Translations under genes and position numbers: made by a program
In this document: piece by piece, positions 17,393-25,642 of the stretch
How positions within the stretch are numbered: position 1 is the first letter of the stretch
Layout of the letters: the number at the start of each line of letters is the position of its first letter
The notes under the pieces: model-generated
What the model was told of the DNA's origin: nothing
What the model saw: only the letters and a program-made list of their open reading frames with translations
Database searches by the model: none
Assembly (NCBI GenBank): GCA_047404215.1
Contig: JBDOIV010000038.1
Location: 2,220-66,219, forward strand
Length of the DNA stretch: 64,000 nt
Direction: 5' to 3'
DNA from: Rickettsiales bacterium
GTDB lineage: Bacteria; Pseudomonadota; Alphaproteobacteria; Rickettsiales; UBA1997

Positions 17393-20300
17393 TCGATGTT
17401 AAGGCTTTTCCAAACATATTCGCTGGTAAATGGTAGCATTGACGCACTTGCTTCACACATGTACACTAAGCAGCTATACAAAACATCATAAGCATCTTGC
17501 TTATCTTGATTATGTTCGCTACTCCAAAATCTTTGCCTAGATCTTCTGATGTACCAATTGTTTAAAACTTCAAAGAAATTATCAAACTCTGCACAAGCGC
17601 TAACGGTATCATATTTGGTCAGTGACGTATCAATTTTAGTCACCGCTCCTTTTAGTTTTGATAATATATAGTTATCAAGTGGATTGCTAAAGTCTCTAGA
17701 ATATTCAATCTTGTTAGCCTTAACACCATCAGAGTTAGCATATAGACAGAAAAAGTTGAAGGCGTTGATCAAAGGTTTAATGGAGATTCTTAAGCTATCA
17801 ATAAATGATTTACCATTCTTATCTACCTTTAATTCTTGGCCCCGCATTACTGGCTGCGATATCATATAAAACCTCAGGGCGTCAGAGCCTATTTTATCAA
17901 ACATCTCCACCGGGTCAGGGTAGTTTTTTAGTCTTTTTGACAGTTTTTGCGCCTTTTCATCCAATATCGTACCATGACAGATTACATTTTTAAATGGAGC
18001 GCGGTCAAATAGAGCGGTTGATAACACCATCATGGTATAAAACCACCCTCTAGTCTGGGCTAAATATTCAGTAATAAAGTCGGCAGGGAAGTTTGCCTCA
18101 AACCACTCTTTATTCTCAAATGGGTAGTGAACCTGAGCATAAGGCATCGAGCCGCTTTCAAACCAACAGTCTAAAACGTCAGAAACCCTCTTCATTTGTG
18201 AACAATTTTTGTGATCTTGGTGCGCAGAGTCGCTTCTGGGGTCGTCCGGATTGAGTCTGGTTAGATTGTCAATATGAGGTCGATGCAAATTATCAGGTCT
18301 GACGCCAAAATCTTTTTCTAAATCATCTAGTGAGCCGTAAACATCAATTCTTGGATATTTAGAGTCACTACTAGTCCATACTGGCACTGGGCAGCCCCAA
18401 AATCTGTTTCGAGAAATTGACCAATCTCTGGCTCCTTCTAGCCATTTGCCAAACTGTCCATCCTTAATATGATCAGGAATCCAATTGATCCCACCTCCAG
18501 ACTTTCTTTTAATGGTAAAAAAACTTTCTTCGTGGTCTGAATATCCTTTGGGATAGGTATTTTTTGAAGTTCTACTAAGTTCAAAGCCGACTTTTTTGAG
18601 AACTTTCATCGATTTTTCGTTGGTACCAGCAACTGCGGCTACTAGTTCATCGACAGGGTAATGCCTGAAGCCAAACTCAATTAACGCTCTGGCAATTTCA
18701 GGTGCTAGGCCTTTACCCCAGGACTCTTTAACAAATTGATACACAATTTCTGCCTTACCAGTTTCGAAGTTTTCATGCTTAGGGTCGTAAAAAGCAAAAC
18801 CTGCTAAGCCGATGAAATTATCAGTTTCTTTGTCAAAAAGGCAAAATCTAGGCATGCCCTTACTTTTTTGATCATTAAAATAGTCAATATAATCTTGAGT
18901 GCCTTTTTCGTCACAGAACTGTTGCTTAGCGTAGTAATAATGTTCTCTAACTTCTTTATCTGAGAATATTTTAAGCAAGCCATCGAAATTATCTTCATAG
19001 GAAGCGACGCCGTACATTCTGTCAGTTTCGATAGTATTAGGAATTTGATCAAGATTGAAAACTGGCTTGCCGGAGTTGAGCTCCACCATGCGATCCTTAA
19101 AGTCGGTAACTTTAACGTACCAAGAAGATACCGCCTTATATATTAAGGGAGTGTCGGTGCGCCAGCAATGAGGATAATTATGTAAATATTGATCGGTCTT
19201 AATCCATAGACTCTTAGCTTTTAAGTATTTTATAACATCATCATTAGTTTCAAAAACCTGCTTGCCTTTTAAAGATATTTCTAGATCGCCAATCTTTATG
19301 TCATCGATTTGAATAAACTTAACATTACTTTCATTATCATATACTTTGGCGGCGTCAAATTTGCCGGCTTCATCGACTGGGCAAATTGTTGGAATATTAT
19401 TAGCTTTACATAGCAATTGGTCATCCTCACCAAAAGCAGGAGCTAAATGCACTATACCAGTTCCTTCATCAGTTGCTACAAAATCACCATGTAGAATTGT
19501 AAAGCAGCTAGTTTGAGACGACTTTACTTCTTTGAAATAGTCAAAAAGCGGCTCATAATCAAGTCCAACAAGATTTTCACCTTTAAAAGACAAGATTTCA
19601 TGCTCATTATTTTCCAAATCGAAATCTTTAGTAAATTTTTCTACTAAATTGCTAGCAACAATCAATATTTCTTTTTTATCAGTAAAAATAATAGCGCTAT
19701 ATATAATTTCTTGACCAACACCAAGTGCTAAGTTTGAAGGCAATGTCCAAGCGGTAGTGGTCCATGCAGCAATTCTAACGTCAAAATCATTTAAATCTTT
19801 ACTGGTCTTGCTGTCGTTGTTAAGGGGTTTTAAAAACTGCGATCTTTTATCGTTTTTGCTTAATTCAAACTTCAAGGTGACGGCCTTGCTCTTTTTTTCG
19901 CGATAAGAGTTATCCATTCTGGTTTCAAAGTTCGAAAGGGGGGTTTGGCAAGCCCAAGAATAAGGCACTACGCGATAATCTTCATAGAGTAGGCCTTTAT
20001 TATGTAGCTCTTTAAAAGCCCACAGTACTGACTCCATATAGTTGATATCCATTGTCTTGTAGCCATTTTCAAAATCAACCCAGCGGCCTTGTCGTGTTAC
20101 ATAGTCTTGCCACCGGTCAGCATATTTCATGACCGACTTTTGACAAGCTTCATTAAATTTATCAATACCAAATTCTTCGATAGCAATCTGCCCAGACACT
20201 CCTAGCTCTTTTTCAGTCTCCATCTCAACTGGCAAGCCATGGGTATCCCAACCAAACCTACGCTCAACTTTTTTCCCCTTCATGGTTTGGTAGCGCGCAA

Positions 20301-20604
20301 ATAAATCTTTGATAAAACCGGTTAATAGGTGGCCATAATGTGGTAAGCCATTGGCGAATGGTGGACCATCATAAAATACAAACTCATTTTTTTCTTCATG
20401 ATCGTGACGGCAATGAACGTGGTCTTTTAGGGCGCACGGTTCAGTGACTGGCGAAACATTATCTTCATCAAGATCGCAATCATCGCGCAGTGCGATGGAT
20501 TTGTTAAAAATATCATTTTCTTGCCAAAATTGCAGAATCTCTTGCTCCATTTTAGAAAAATCAAAATTCTGGTCAGCTTTAGGATAGCGAGCTTTTTTCG
20601 TCAT
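17389..20604 (-). CDS. ileS: Isoleucine--tRNA ligase, type 2 (eukaryote-like), carrying an internal GNAT insertion
   Basis: FYDGPPFANGLPHYGH (HIGH), WTTTAWTLPSN, HCWRTDTPLIY, DWSISRNRFWG and KLSKRL (KMSKS variant). Confidence 0.95.
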   Translation of the reverse strand: MTKKARYPKADQNFDFSKMEQEILQFWQENDIFNKSIALRDDCDLDEDNVSPVTEPCALKDHVHCRHDHEEKNEFVFYDGPPFANGLPHYGHLLTGFIKDLFARYQTMKGKKVERRFGWDTHGLPVEMETEKELGVSGQIAIEEFGIDKFNEACQKSVMKYADRWQDYVTRQGRWVDFENGYKTMDINYMESVLWAFKELHNKGLLYEDYRVVPYSWACQTPLSNFETRMDNSYREKKSKAVTLKFELSKNDKRSQFLKPLNNDSKTSKDLNDFDVRIAAWTTTAWTLPSNLALGVGQEIIYSAIIFTDKKEILIVASNLVEKFTKDFDLENNEHEILSFKGENLVGLDYEPLFDYFKEVKSSQTSCFTILHGDFVATDEGTGIVHLAPAFGEDDQLLCKANNIPTICPVDEAGKFDAAKVYDNESNVKFIQIDDIKIGDLEISLKGKQVFETNDDVIKYLKAKSLWIKTDQYLHNYPHCWRTDTPLIYKAVSSWYVKVTDFKDRMVELNSGKPVFNLDQIPNTIETDRMYGVASYEDNFDGLLKIFSDKEVREHYYYAKQQFCDEKGTQDYIDYFNDQKSKGMPRFCLFDKETDNFIGLAGFAFYDPKHENFETGKAEIVYQFVKESWGKGLAPEIARALIEFGFRHYPVDELVAAVAGTNEKSMKVLKKVGFELSRTSKNTYPKGYSDHEESFFTIKRKSGGGINWIPDHIKDGQFGKWLEGARDWSISRNRFWGCPVPVWTSSDSKYPRIDVYGSLDDLEKDFGVRPDNLHRPHIDNLTRLNPDDPRSDSAHQDHKNCSQMKRVSDVLDCWFESGSMPYAQVHYPFENKEWFEANFPADFITEYLAQTRGWFYTMMVLSTALFDRAPFKNVICHGTILDEKAQKLSKRLKNYPDPVEMFDKIGSDALRFYMISQPVMRGQELKVDKNGKSFIDSLRISIKPLINAFNFFCLYANSDGVKANKIEYSRDFSNPLDNYILSKLKGAVTKIDTSLTKYDTVSACAEFDNFFEVLNNWYIRRSRQRFWSSEHNQDKQDAYDVLYSCLVYMCEASASMLPFTSEYVWKSLNID
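18490..19074 (-). other. In-frame GNAT (RimJ/RimL-like, Acetyltransf_3-type) module embedded in IleS
   Basis: About 195 aa lie between ...KDRMVELN and INWIPDHIKDG. The segment contains WGKGLAPEIARALIEFGF and NEKSMKVLKKVGFE, which are GNAT motifs A and B. Confidence 0.75.
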
Positions 20605-20722
20605 ATAATAAATTTTTTTATCTATAGCCTTGAAAATTATCTAATTTGACATTATATTATAACTATAAACTATTTTTCTTAAATTACAAGAAAAACAGCA
20701 ATATTTAATTAATATTTTTATA

Positions 20723-22006
20723 ATGAAAAAACTTAAAGTTGGCCTGGTAGGCCTAGGTACCGTTGGCAAGTCAGTTTACGAAATAATTACTACACAGTCT
20801 GATATCGTCAATCCTAGAAGTGCCAATAAGATTGAATTAAAAAGTGTTTCTGCGCGCTCAAAAAAAGACTTTATTGATGAATCTAAAGTACAATTTGTTG
20901 ATAATATCGTCGACATTGCTAACGATGAAGAGATCGATATCGTTATCGAAGCTGCTGGTGGCGAAAGTGAGGTGATTCTCGATCTATGGCGCAGCGCTTT
21001 AAAAAATGGTAAAAAAATCATTACTGCTAATAAAGCGCTAATGGCTAGTCGCGGCCTAGAGATGGTCAAGTTAGCTGAAGAAAATGGTGGTTATATTGCC
21101 TATGAAGCAGCAATCGCCGGCGCAATTCCAATCGTTAAATTATTTAAAGAAGGATTGTCTGCGAATCAGATTAAAACCTTTTACGGTATTTTAAATGGCA
21201 CCTGCAACTACATTTTGACCAAAATGCGCGATGAGGGTATAGATTTTGATGTTGCTTTAAAGCAAGCACAAGAAGCTGGTTACGCCGAGGCAGACCCAAC
21301 TTTTGATATTGAAGGTATTGATGCTGCACATAAATTATCGCTATTGTCAGCTATTGTATCAGCTACCGAGCCAAATTTTAACTCGCTATTTATTGAAGGA
21401 ATTACTAAAATTTCTTCTGATGACATCAATTTAGCTACCGAGTTTAGTTATAAAATTAAACTGCTTGGCATCTATAAGGATTTGGGAGCCAAATCTTCTC
21501 AGCAAACGGTATATCCAGCTTTAATTAAAAATGATGAACAGATAGCTGCTGTTGAGGATTCTTTTAATGCAATCTTCACTCAAGGTAATAACTGCGGCGA
21601 TAATTTAATTGTTGGCAGGGGGGCTGGCGGTTCTCAAACTGCATCAGCCATTGTCGCTGACTTGATTGATATTGCCAATGATCGTCACTCTTTTGAGTTT
21701 GGTGTTAAAACTACAGATCTGGTAGAGTCAAAGGTAAGTGCAATAGCCAACAGAAATGGTAAATATTTTATTCGCTTAAATTTAGATAAGGAGGAGGTAA
21801 AAAATAAAGACTCTTTGCCCGAAGAGTTCTTCAAGGATCTGAACCCGTTATCGACTCATTATTATATTAATCAAGATTCTCAGCAGGCTATTTGCGGCAT
21901 CATTACATCTGATATTAATGAAAAAACTGCTTTTGCTGCTATTGATAAAATTGATCAAAACACTCTTTTATCATCAAATGTCATTAGAGTTGAAGAAATT
22001 ATATAG
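20723..22006 (+). CDS. hom: Homoserine dehydrogenase
   Basis: N-terminal GLVGLGTVG NAD-binding site, GYAEADPTFDIEG, and a C-terminal ACT-like region. Confidence 0.9.
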   Translation: MKKLKVGLVGLGTVGKSVYEIITTQSDIVNPRSANKIELKSVSARSKKDFIDESKVQFVDNIVDIANDEEIDIVIEAAGGESEVILDLWRSALKNGKKIITANKALMASRGLEMVKLAEENGGYIAYEAAIAGAIPIVKLFKEGLSANQIKTFYGILNGTCNYILTKMRDEGIDFDVALKQAQEAGYAEADPTFDIEGIDAAHKLSLLSAIVSATEPNFNSLFIEGITKISSDDINLATEFSYKIKLLGIYKDLGAKSSQQTVYPALIKNDEQIAAVEDSFNAIFTQGNNCGDNLIVGRGAGGSQTASAIVADLIDIANDRHSFEFGVKTTDLVESKVSAIANRNGKYFIRLNLDKEEVKNKDSLPEEFFKDLNPLSTHYYINQDSQQAICGIITSDINEKTAFAAIDKIDQNTLLSSNVIRVEEII

Positions 22007-22061
22007 ACTTTTAATTAAAAAACGATATAATTCAATTAATTACTATTAAAAATTATTAAAA

Positions 22062-23153
22062 ATGAAAATATTAATCTTAAAAGAAACCAAAGAAACTGAA
22101 AGTCGTGTTGCTTTCACGCCAGATTTAGCAAAAAAATATATCAGGCTTGGCTTTGAAGTTTTGGTAGAGAAGGATGCTGGTTTGAAATCTGAAATAAGTA
22201 ATGAGCAATACCAAGAAGTTGAGGCTAAAATTGTTGATAATATTGACGATGCGCTACCTCAAGTTGATATTATTGCTTCGGTACAAAGAACTGAGGTTAA
22301 TCTAGAAAAGGTGAAAAAAGGGGTAATCTTTGTTGCCACTTTAAATCCTCATTTTCAAAAAGAAGAAATGTCAAAGCTATTGGCAGCAGGAGTATCTCCG
22401 TTTGCTTTAGAATTTGTTCCTAGAATTACTAGGGCACAATCGATGGACGTCCTTTCTTCACAAAGTAATTTGGCTGGTTATGTTGCGGTTGTTGACGCGG
22501 TTGCTAATATGAAAAAATGCGTGCCAATGATGATGACTGCTGCTGGAACAGTATCTGCTGCTAGAGTTATGATACTTGGTGCCGGTGTTGCTGGTTTGCA
22601 AGCTATTGCCACTGCCAAAAGATTAGGAGCAATCGTTTGTGCGTTTGACGTCAGAGCGGCGGCTAAAGAGCAGGTGCAAAGTTTAGGAGCAAAATTCATT
22701 GAAGTTGAAGCTGATCAAAATAGTGAGACCGAAGGTGGTTATGCTAAAGAAATGTCAAAGGATTATAAAAGGCGACAAGAGGACCTTATCGCACAAACTA
22801 TCGCTAAACAAGATATCGTGATTTCTACCGCCTTAATTCCAGGTAAAAAAGCACCAATTTTGATCAAAAAAGAGATGGTAGAGTCAATGAAAGCTGGCTC
22901 TGTGGTATCTGACTTAGCTGCTGTCAACGGTGGTAACTGTGAATTGACAAAGTTAAATGAAATAAATGAAGTTAATGGTGTTAAAATTATTGGTCACGAA
23001 AACTTTCCAAGCTTGGTTGCTAGCGATTCATCAAGACTGTTTGCTAAAAACATATATAATTTTGTTGAATTATTAGTCAATCAAGACAGCAAAGAGATCG
23101 AAATTAATCTCGAAGACGAGATTTTGGCTGCTAGTTTGATTAAAGAGGGTTAA
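22062..23153 (+). CDS. pntAA: NAD(P) transhydrogenase subunit alpha part 1 (dI domain)
   Basis: The N-terminus has the E..E.RVA.TP pattern, followed by the GAGVAGLQAIATAKRLGA NAD site. 363 aa with no TM tail. Confidence 0.85.
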   Translation: MKILILKETKETESRVAFTPDLAKKYIRLGFEVLVEKDAGLKSEISNEQYQEVEAKIVDNIDDALPQVDIIASVQRTEVNLEKVKKGVIFVATLNPHFQKEEMSKLLAAGVSPFALEFVPRITRAQSMDVLSSQSNLAGYVAVVDAVANMKKCVPMMMTAAGTVSAARVMILGAGVAGLQAIATAKRLGAIVCAFDVRAAAKEQVQSLGAKFIEVEADQNSETEGGYAKEMSKDYKRRQEDLIAQTIAKQDIVISTALIPGKKAPILIKKEMVESMKAGSVVSDLAAVNGGNCELTKLNEINEVNGVKIIGHENFPSLVASDSSRLFAKNIYNFVELLVNQDSKEIEINLEDEILAASLIKEG

Positions 23154-23222
23154 TTTTTTGTTGACAATCAAAATTTCTAGGGTTTTAATAGTATTAATAT
23201 AAATTTGAATTAACAAAACATC

Positions 23223-25016
23223 ATGGCTTTAAATATAGATATTCCACAACCAGACACTCTTAAACCTAAAATTACCATTTTCGGCGTTGGTGGAGCTGGT
23301 GGCAATGCTCTAAATAATATGATGAATTCAAATTTAGAAGGTGTAGAATTTGTTGCTGCTAATACTGATGCTCAGGCCTTAGAATACTCATTATCAGAAA
23401 ATAAAATACAACTTGGAGAAACTACTACTAAAGGTCTAGGAGCTGGGTCTTTTCCTGATCGTGGCAGAGCGGCCGCTGAAGAAAATATTAAGGAGATAGA
23501 AGGTTTACTTGAAGGCAATCATATGATTTTCATTGCTGCAGGAATGGGTGGTGGTACCGGTACCGGAGCTGCACCAGTTATTGCAAAATTGGCTAAAGAC
23601 AAGGATATTCTTACTGTTGGCGTGGTCACTAAGCCATTCCATTTTGAAGGTAAATATCGCATGGAAACAGCTGAAAACGGCATTGAAGAATTAAAAAAGA
23701 ATGTTGATACTTTAATCGTAATTCCTAATCAAAATCTATTTAGAATTGCAAATGAAAAAACAACTTTTGAATCTGCTTTTAAAATGGCGGATGACGTTTT
23801 GAATGCTGGCGTTAGGGGTGTTACTGATCTAATCACGATGCCAGGCTTGGTAAATTTGGATTTTGCTGATATTGGCACAGTTATGACCAAAATGGGTAAG
23901 GCGATGATGGGTACTGGTGAGGCTGAGGGTGAAAACAGAGCTATTGACGCATGTGAAGCAGCGATTTCTAATCCGCTATTAGATGATATCTCTATCAGGG
24001 GGGCAAAAGGTGTTCTAGTTAACATGACCGGCGGTCCAGATATGACGTTATTTGAAGCTGATATGGCGGTTAATGCGATCAGAAAAGAAGTTGATGATAA
24101 TGCTAATATTATTTTTGGTTCTGCTTTTGATGAAAATATGAAGGGAAAAATCAGGGTTAGTGTAGTAGCCACTGGTATCGACGAAGAGGAGTACCGTAGA
24201 AACATCATCAGAGATAATGTTAATGAGCAATCCCCGTCAAGATTTAAATCTCTTGACACTGGCCTTAACTCAGCCCCAAATGAGGAATCTACTGCGCAAG
24301 GGGAGAGGTCATTTTTTGACCCAACAAGTATCAAGGCTCCGGTAGAGGAAGGTCTGCAAGAGATATCTGCTAATGATTTTCAATCTAGGACTGAATTTCA
24401 AGAAAAAGAAAATTTAGAATACGGTAAGGCTGATAATTCTTCTTCTGAAAAGCAAATGCAAAATGCAATATCTCAAATTAGCTTTTTCAGCGATGATAAT
24501 GAGGGGATAAATAGCGACTTACCTAGCGAAGATAGAGCTTCAAAACCCGATGTTCAGAAAAAAAAGAAAAAAGAAAAAGCTAAAGAAAAAGACGGTTCGG
24601 GCTTCTCTTTGTTTAGTTTTATGTCTGGTGGCAATAAAGAGAAAGATACTGAGGCGGAGGAGTTGTGTGACAATAGGGATGATTATGATAAAATCTCTGA
24701 GCTAATGGATCGTAGCAAGAGTGGTGATAGCGTCCTTGATAATATAGCAGAAGATTTGGTAAGTGTTACCAATGACAATATTGAGGATCTGGATGTGCAA
24801 GATGATGTTAGCGATAAAAATACGCATGAAGTTGGTAACGAGACTATTATTTCAAGCCCCGATCTTAATAATAAAATAAATGATGATTCGGTAATTGAAA
24901 AAAATATTTCATTACAAGACTCTAGTACTTATCAATCAGGGTCTTCTAACGACTCCTCTGATCAATCTGATGATCTGCTAAACGTTCCTGCATTCTTTAG
25001 AAGAAAAAACGGCTAA
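23223..25016 (+). CDS. ftsZ: Cell division protein FtsZ with a long acidic/Ser-rich C-terminal linker
   Basis: GVGGAGGNA and [11 protein letters not shown] motifs, with the conserved C-terminal peptide [12 protein letters not shown]. Confidence 0.97.
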   Translation: MALNIDIPQPDTLKPKITIFGVGGAGGNALNNMMNSNLEGVEFVAANTDAQALEYSLSENKIQLGETTTKGLGAGSFPDRGRAAAEENIKEIEGLLEGNHMIFIAAGMGGGTGTGAAPVIAKLAKDKDILTVGVVTKPFHFEGKYRMETAENGIEELKKNVDTLIVIPNQNLFRIANEKTTFESAFKMADDVLNAGVRGVTDLITMPGLVNLDFADIGTVMTKMGKAMMGTGEAEGENRAIDACEAAISNPLLDDISIRGAKGVLVNMTGGPDMTLFEADMAVNAIRKEVDDNANIIFGSAFDENMKGKIRVSVVATGIDEEEYRRNIIRDNVNEQSPSRFKSLDTGLNSAPNEESTAQGERSFFDPTSIKAPVEEGLQEISANDFQSRTEFQEKENLEYGKADNSSSEKQMQNAISQISFFSDDNEGINSDLPSEDRASKPDVQKKKKKEKAKEKDGSGFSLFSFMSGGNKEKDTEAEELCDNRDDYDKISELMDRSKSGDSVLDNIAEDLVSVTNDNIEDLDVQDDVSDKNTHEVGNETIISSPDLNNKINDDSVIEKNISLQDSSTYQSGSSNDSSDQSDDLLNVPAFFRRKNG

Positions 25017-25642
25017 TGACAAAAATATATCTAATATCTCCAGAAGACTTTGTTTTGGATGACTTTATTGCAAAACTTGAAAACTTGTTGCAAAAATTTG
25101 ATATTGATATTTTTCAACTTAGACTTAAGAATAAAAGTCGTTTTGAGGTGCGGCAATATGCTAAAAAGCTGCTGGATAGTTGCAACAAGTATGATTGCAA
25201 ACTAATTGTTAATGATTATGCTGATATAGCGTTAGAGATTGGCGCTCATGGGGCGCATATTGGTCAAGACGATGTTGATATTTCTCAAATTAGAAGTAGC
25301 GCCCGGGGCAAAGATTTTATTATCGGGGTAAGTTGCTATGATTCCATTGATATTGCTACTGATTATGCTAAAAAAGGGGTTAGCTATGTATCGTTTGGAA
25401 CTTTCTTTACTAGTAATACTAAAAATTCGCACGGCAAGCCAGATGTTTCGATTATTTCAAGAATGCGCAAGGTGTGCAATGTTCCGATAGTTGCTATTGG
25501 CGGTATCAATTCTGATAATTGTATAGATTTGATTAGGCATAAAGTAGATTATCTAGCTATTATTTCATATATATGGAATAATCCGCTAGGGCAAGAAAAG
25601 GCGATGCGGGATGTGTTATTCAAGCTAGAAAGTGTCGATTAA
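25016..25642 (+). CDS. thiE: Thiamine-phosphate synthase
   Basis: TIM-barrel ThiE pattern (FQLRLK, HIGQDD, VAIGGI). The start overlaps the ftsZ stop (TAATG). Confidence 0.85.
   Translation: MTKIYLISPEDFVLDDFIAKLENLLQKFDIDIFQLRLKNKSRFEVRQYAKKLLDSCNKYDCKLIVNDYADIALEIGAHGAHIGQDDVDISQIRSSARGKDFIIGVSCYDSIDIATDYAKKGVSYVSFGTFFTSNTKNSHGKPDVSIISRMRKVCNVPIVAIGGINSDNCIDLIRHKVDYLAIISYIWNNPLGQEKAMRDVLFKLESVD

Noticed and set aside
18490-19074. Intein or transposon insertion in ileS
   Set aside because: The insert does not begin with Cys/Ser/Thr in an intein-like block, and no His-Asn followed by Cys/Ser/Thr occurs at its downstream junction. There is no homing-endonuclease motif, no terminal repeats and no transposase. 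The sequence matches GNAT motifs instead.
22062-23153. Alanine dehydrogenase instead of PntAA
   Set aside because: The two families are homologous, but the N-terminal E..E.RVA.TP pattern, the 363-aa length and the Rickettsiales-like context favour the transhydrogenase dI subunit. I cannot fully exclude Ald without a profile comparison.
23729-24334. 201-aa minus-strand ORF inside ftsZ; similarly 51352..51912 (+) inside polA and 34340..34774 (-) inside rpsB
   Set aside because: They are antisense to unmistakable conserved genes. The translations are low-complexity with no motifs, so these are shadow ORFs.
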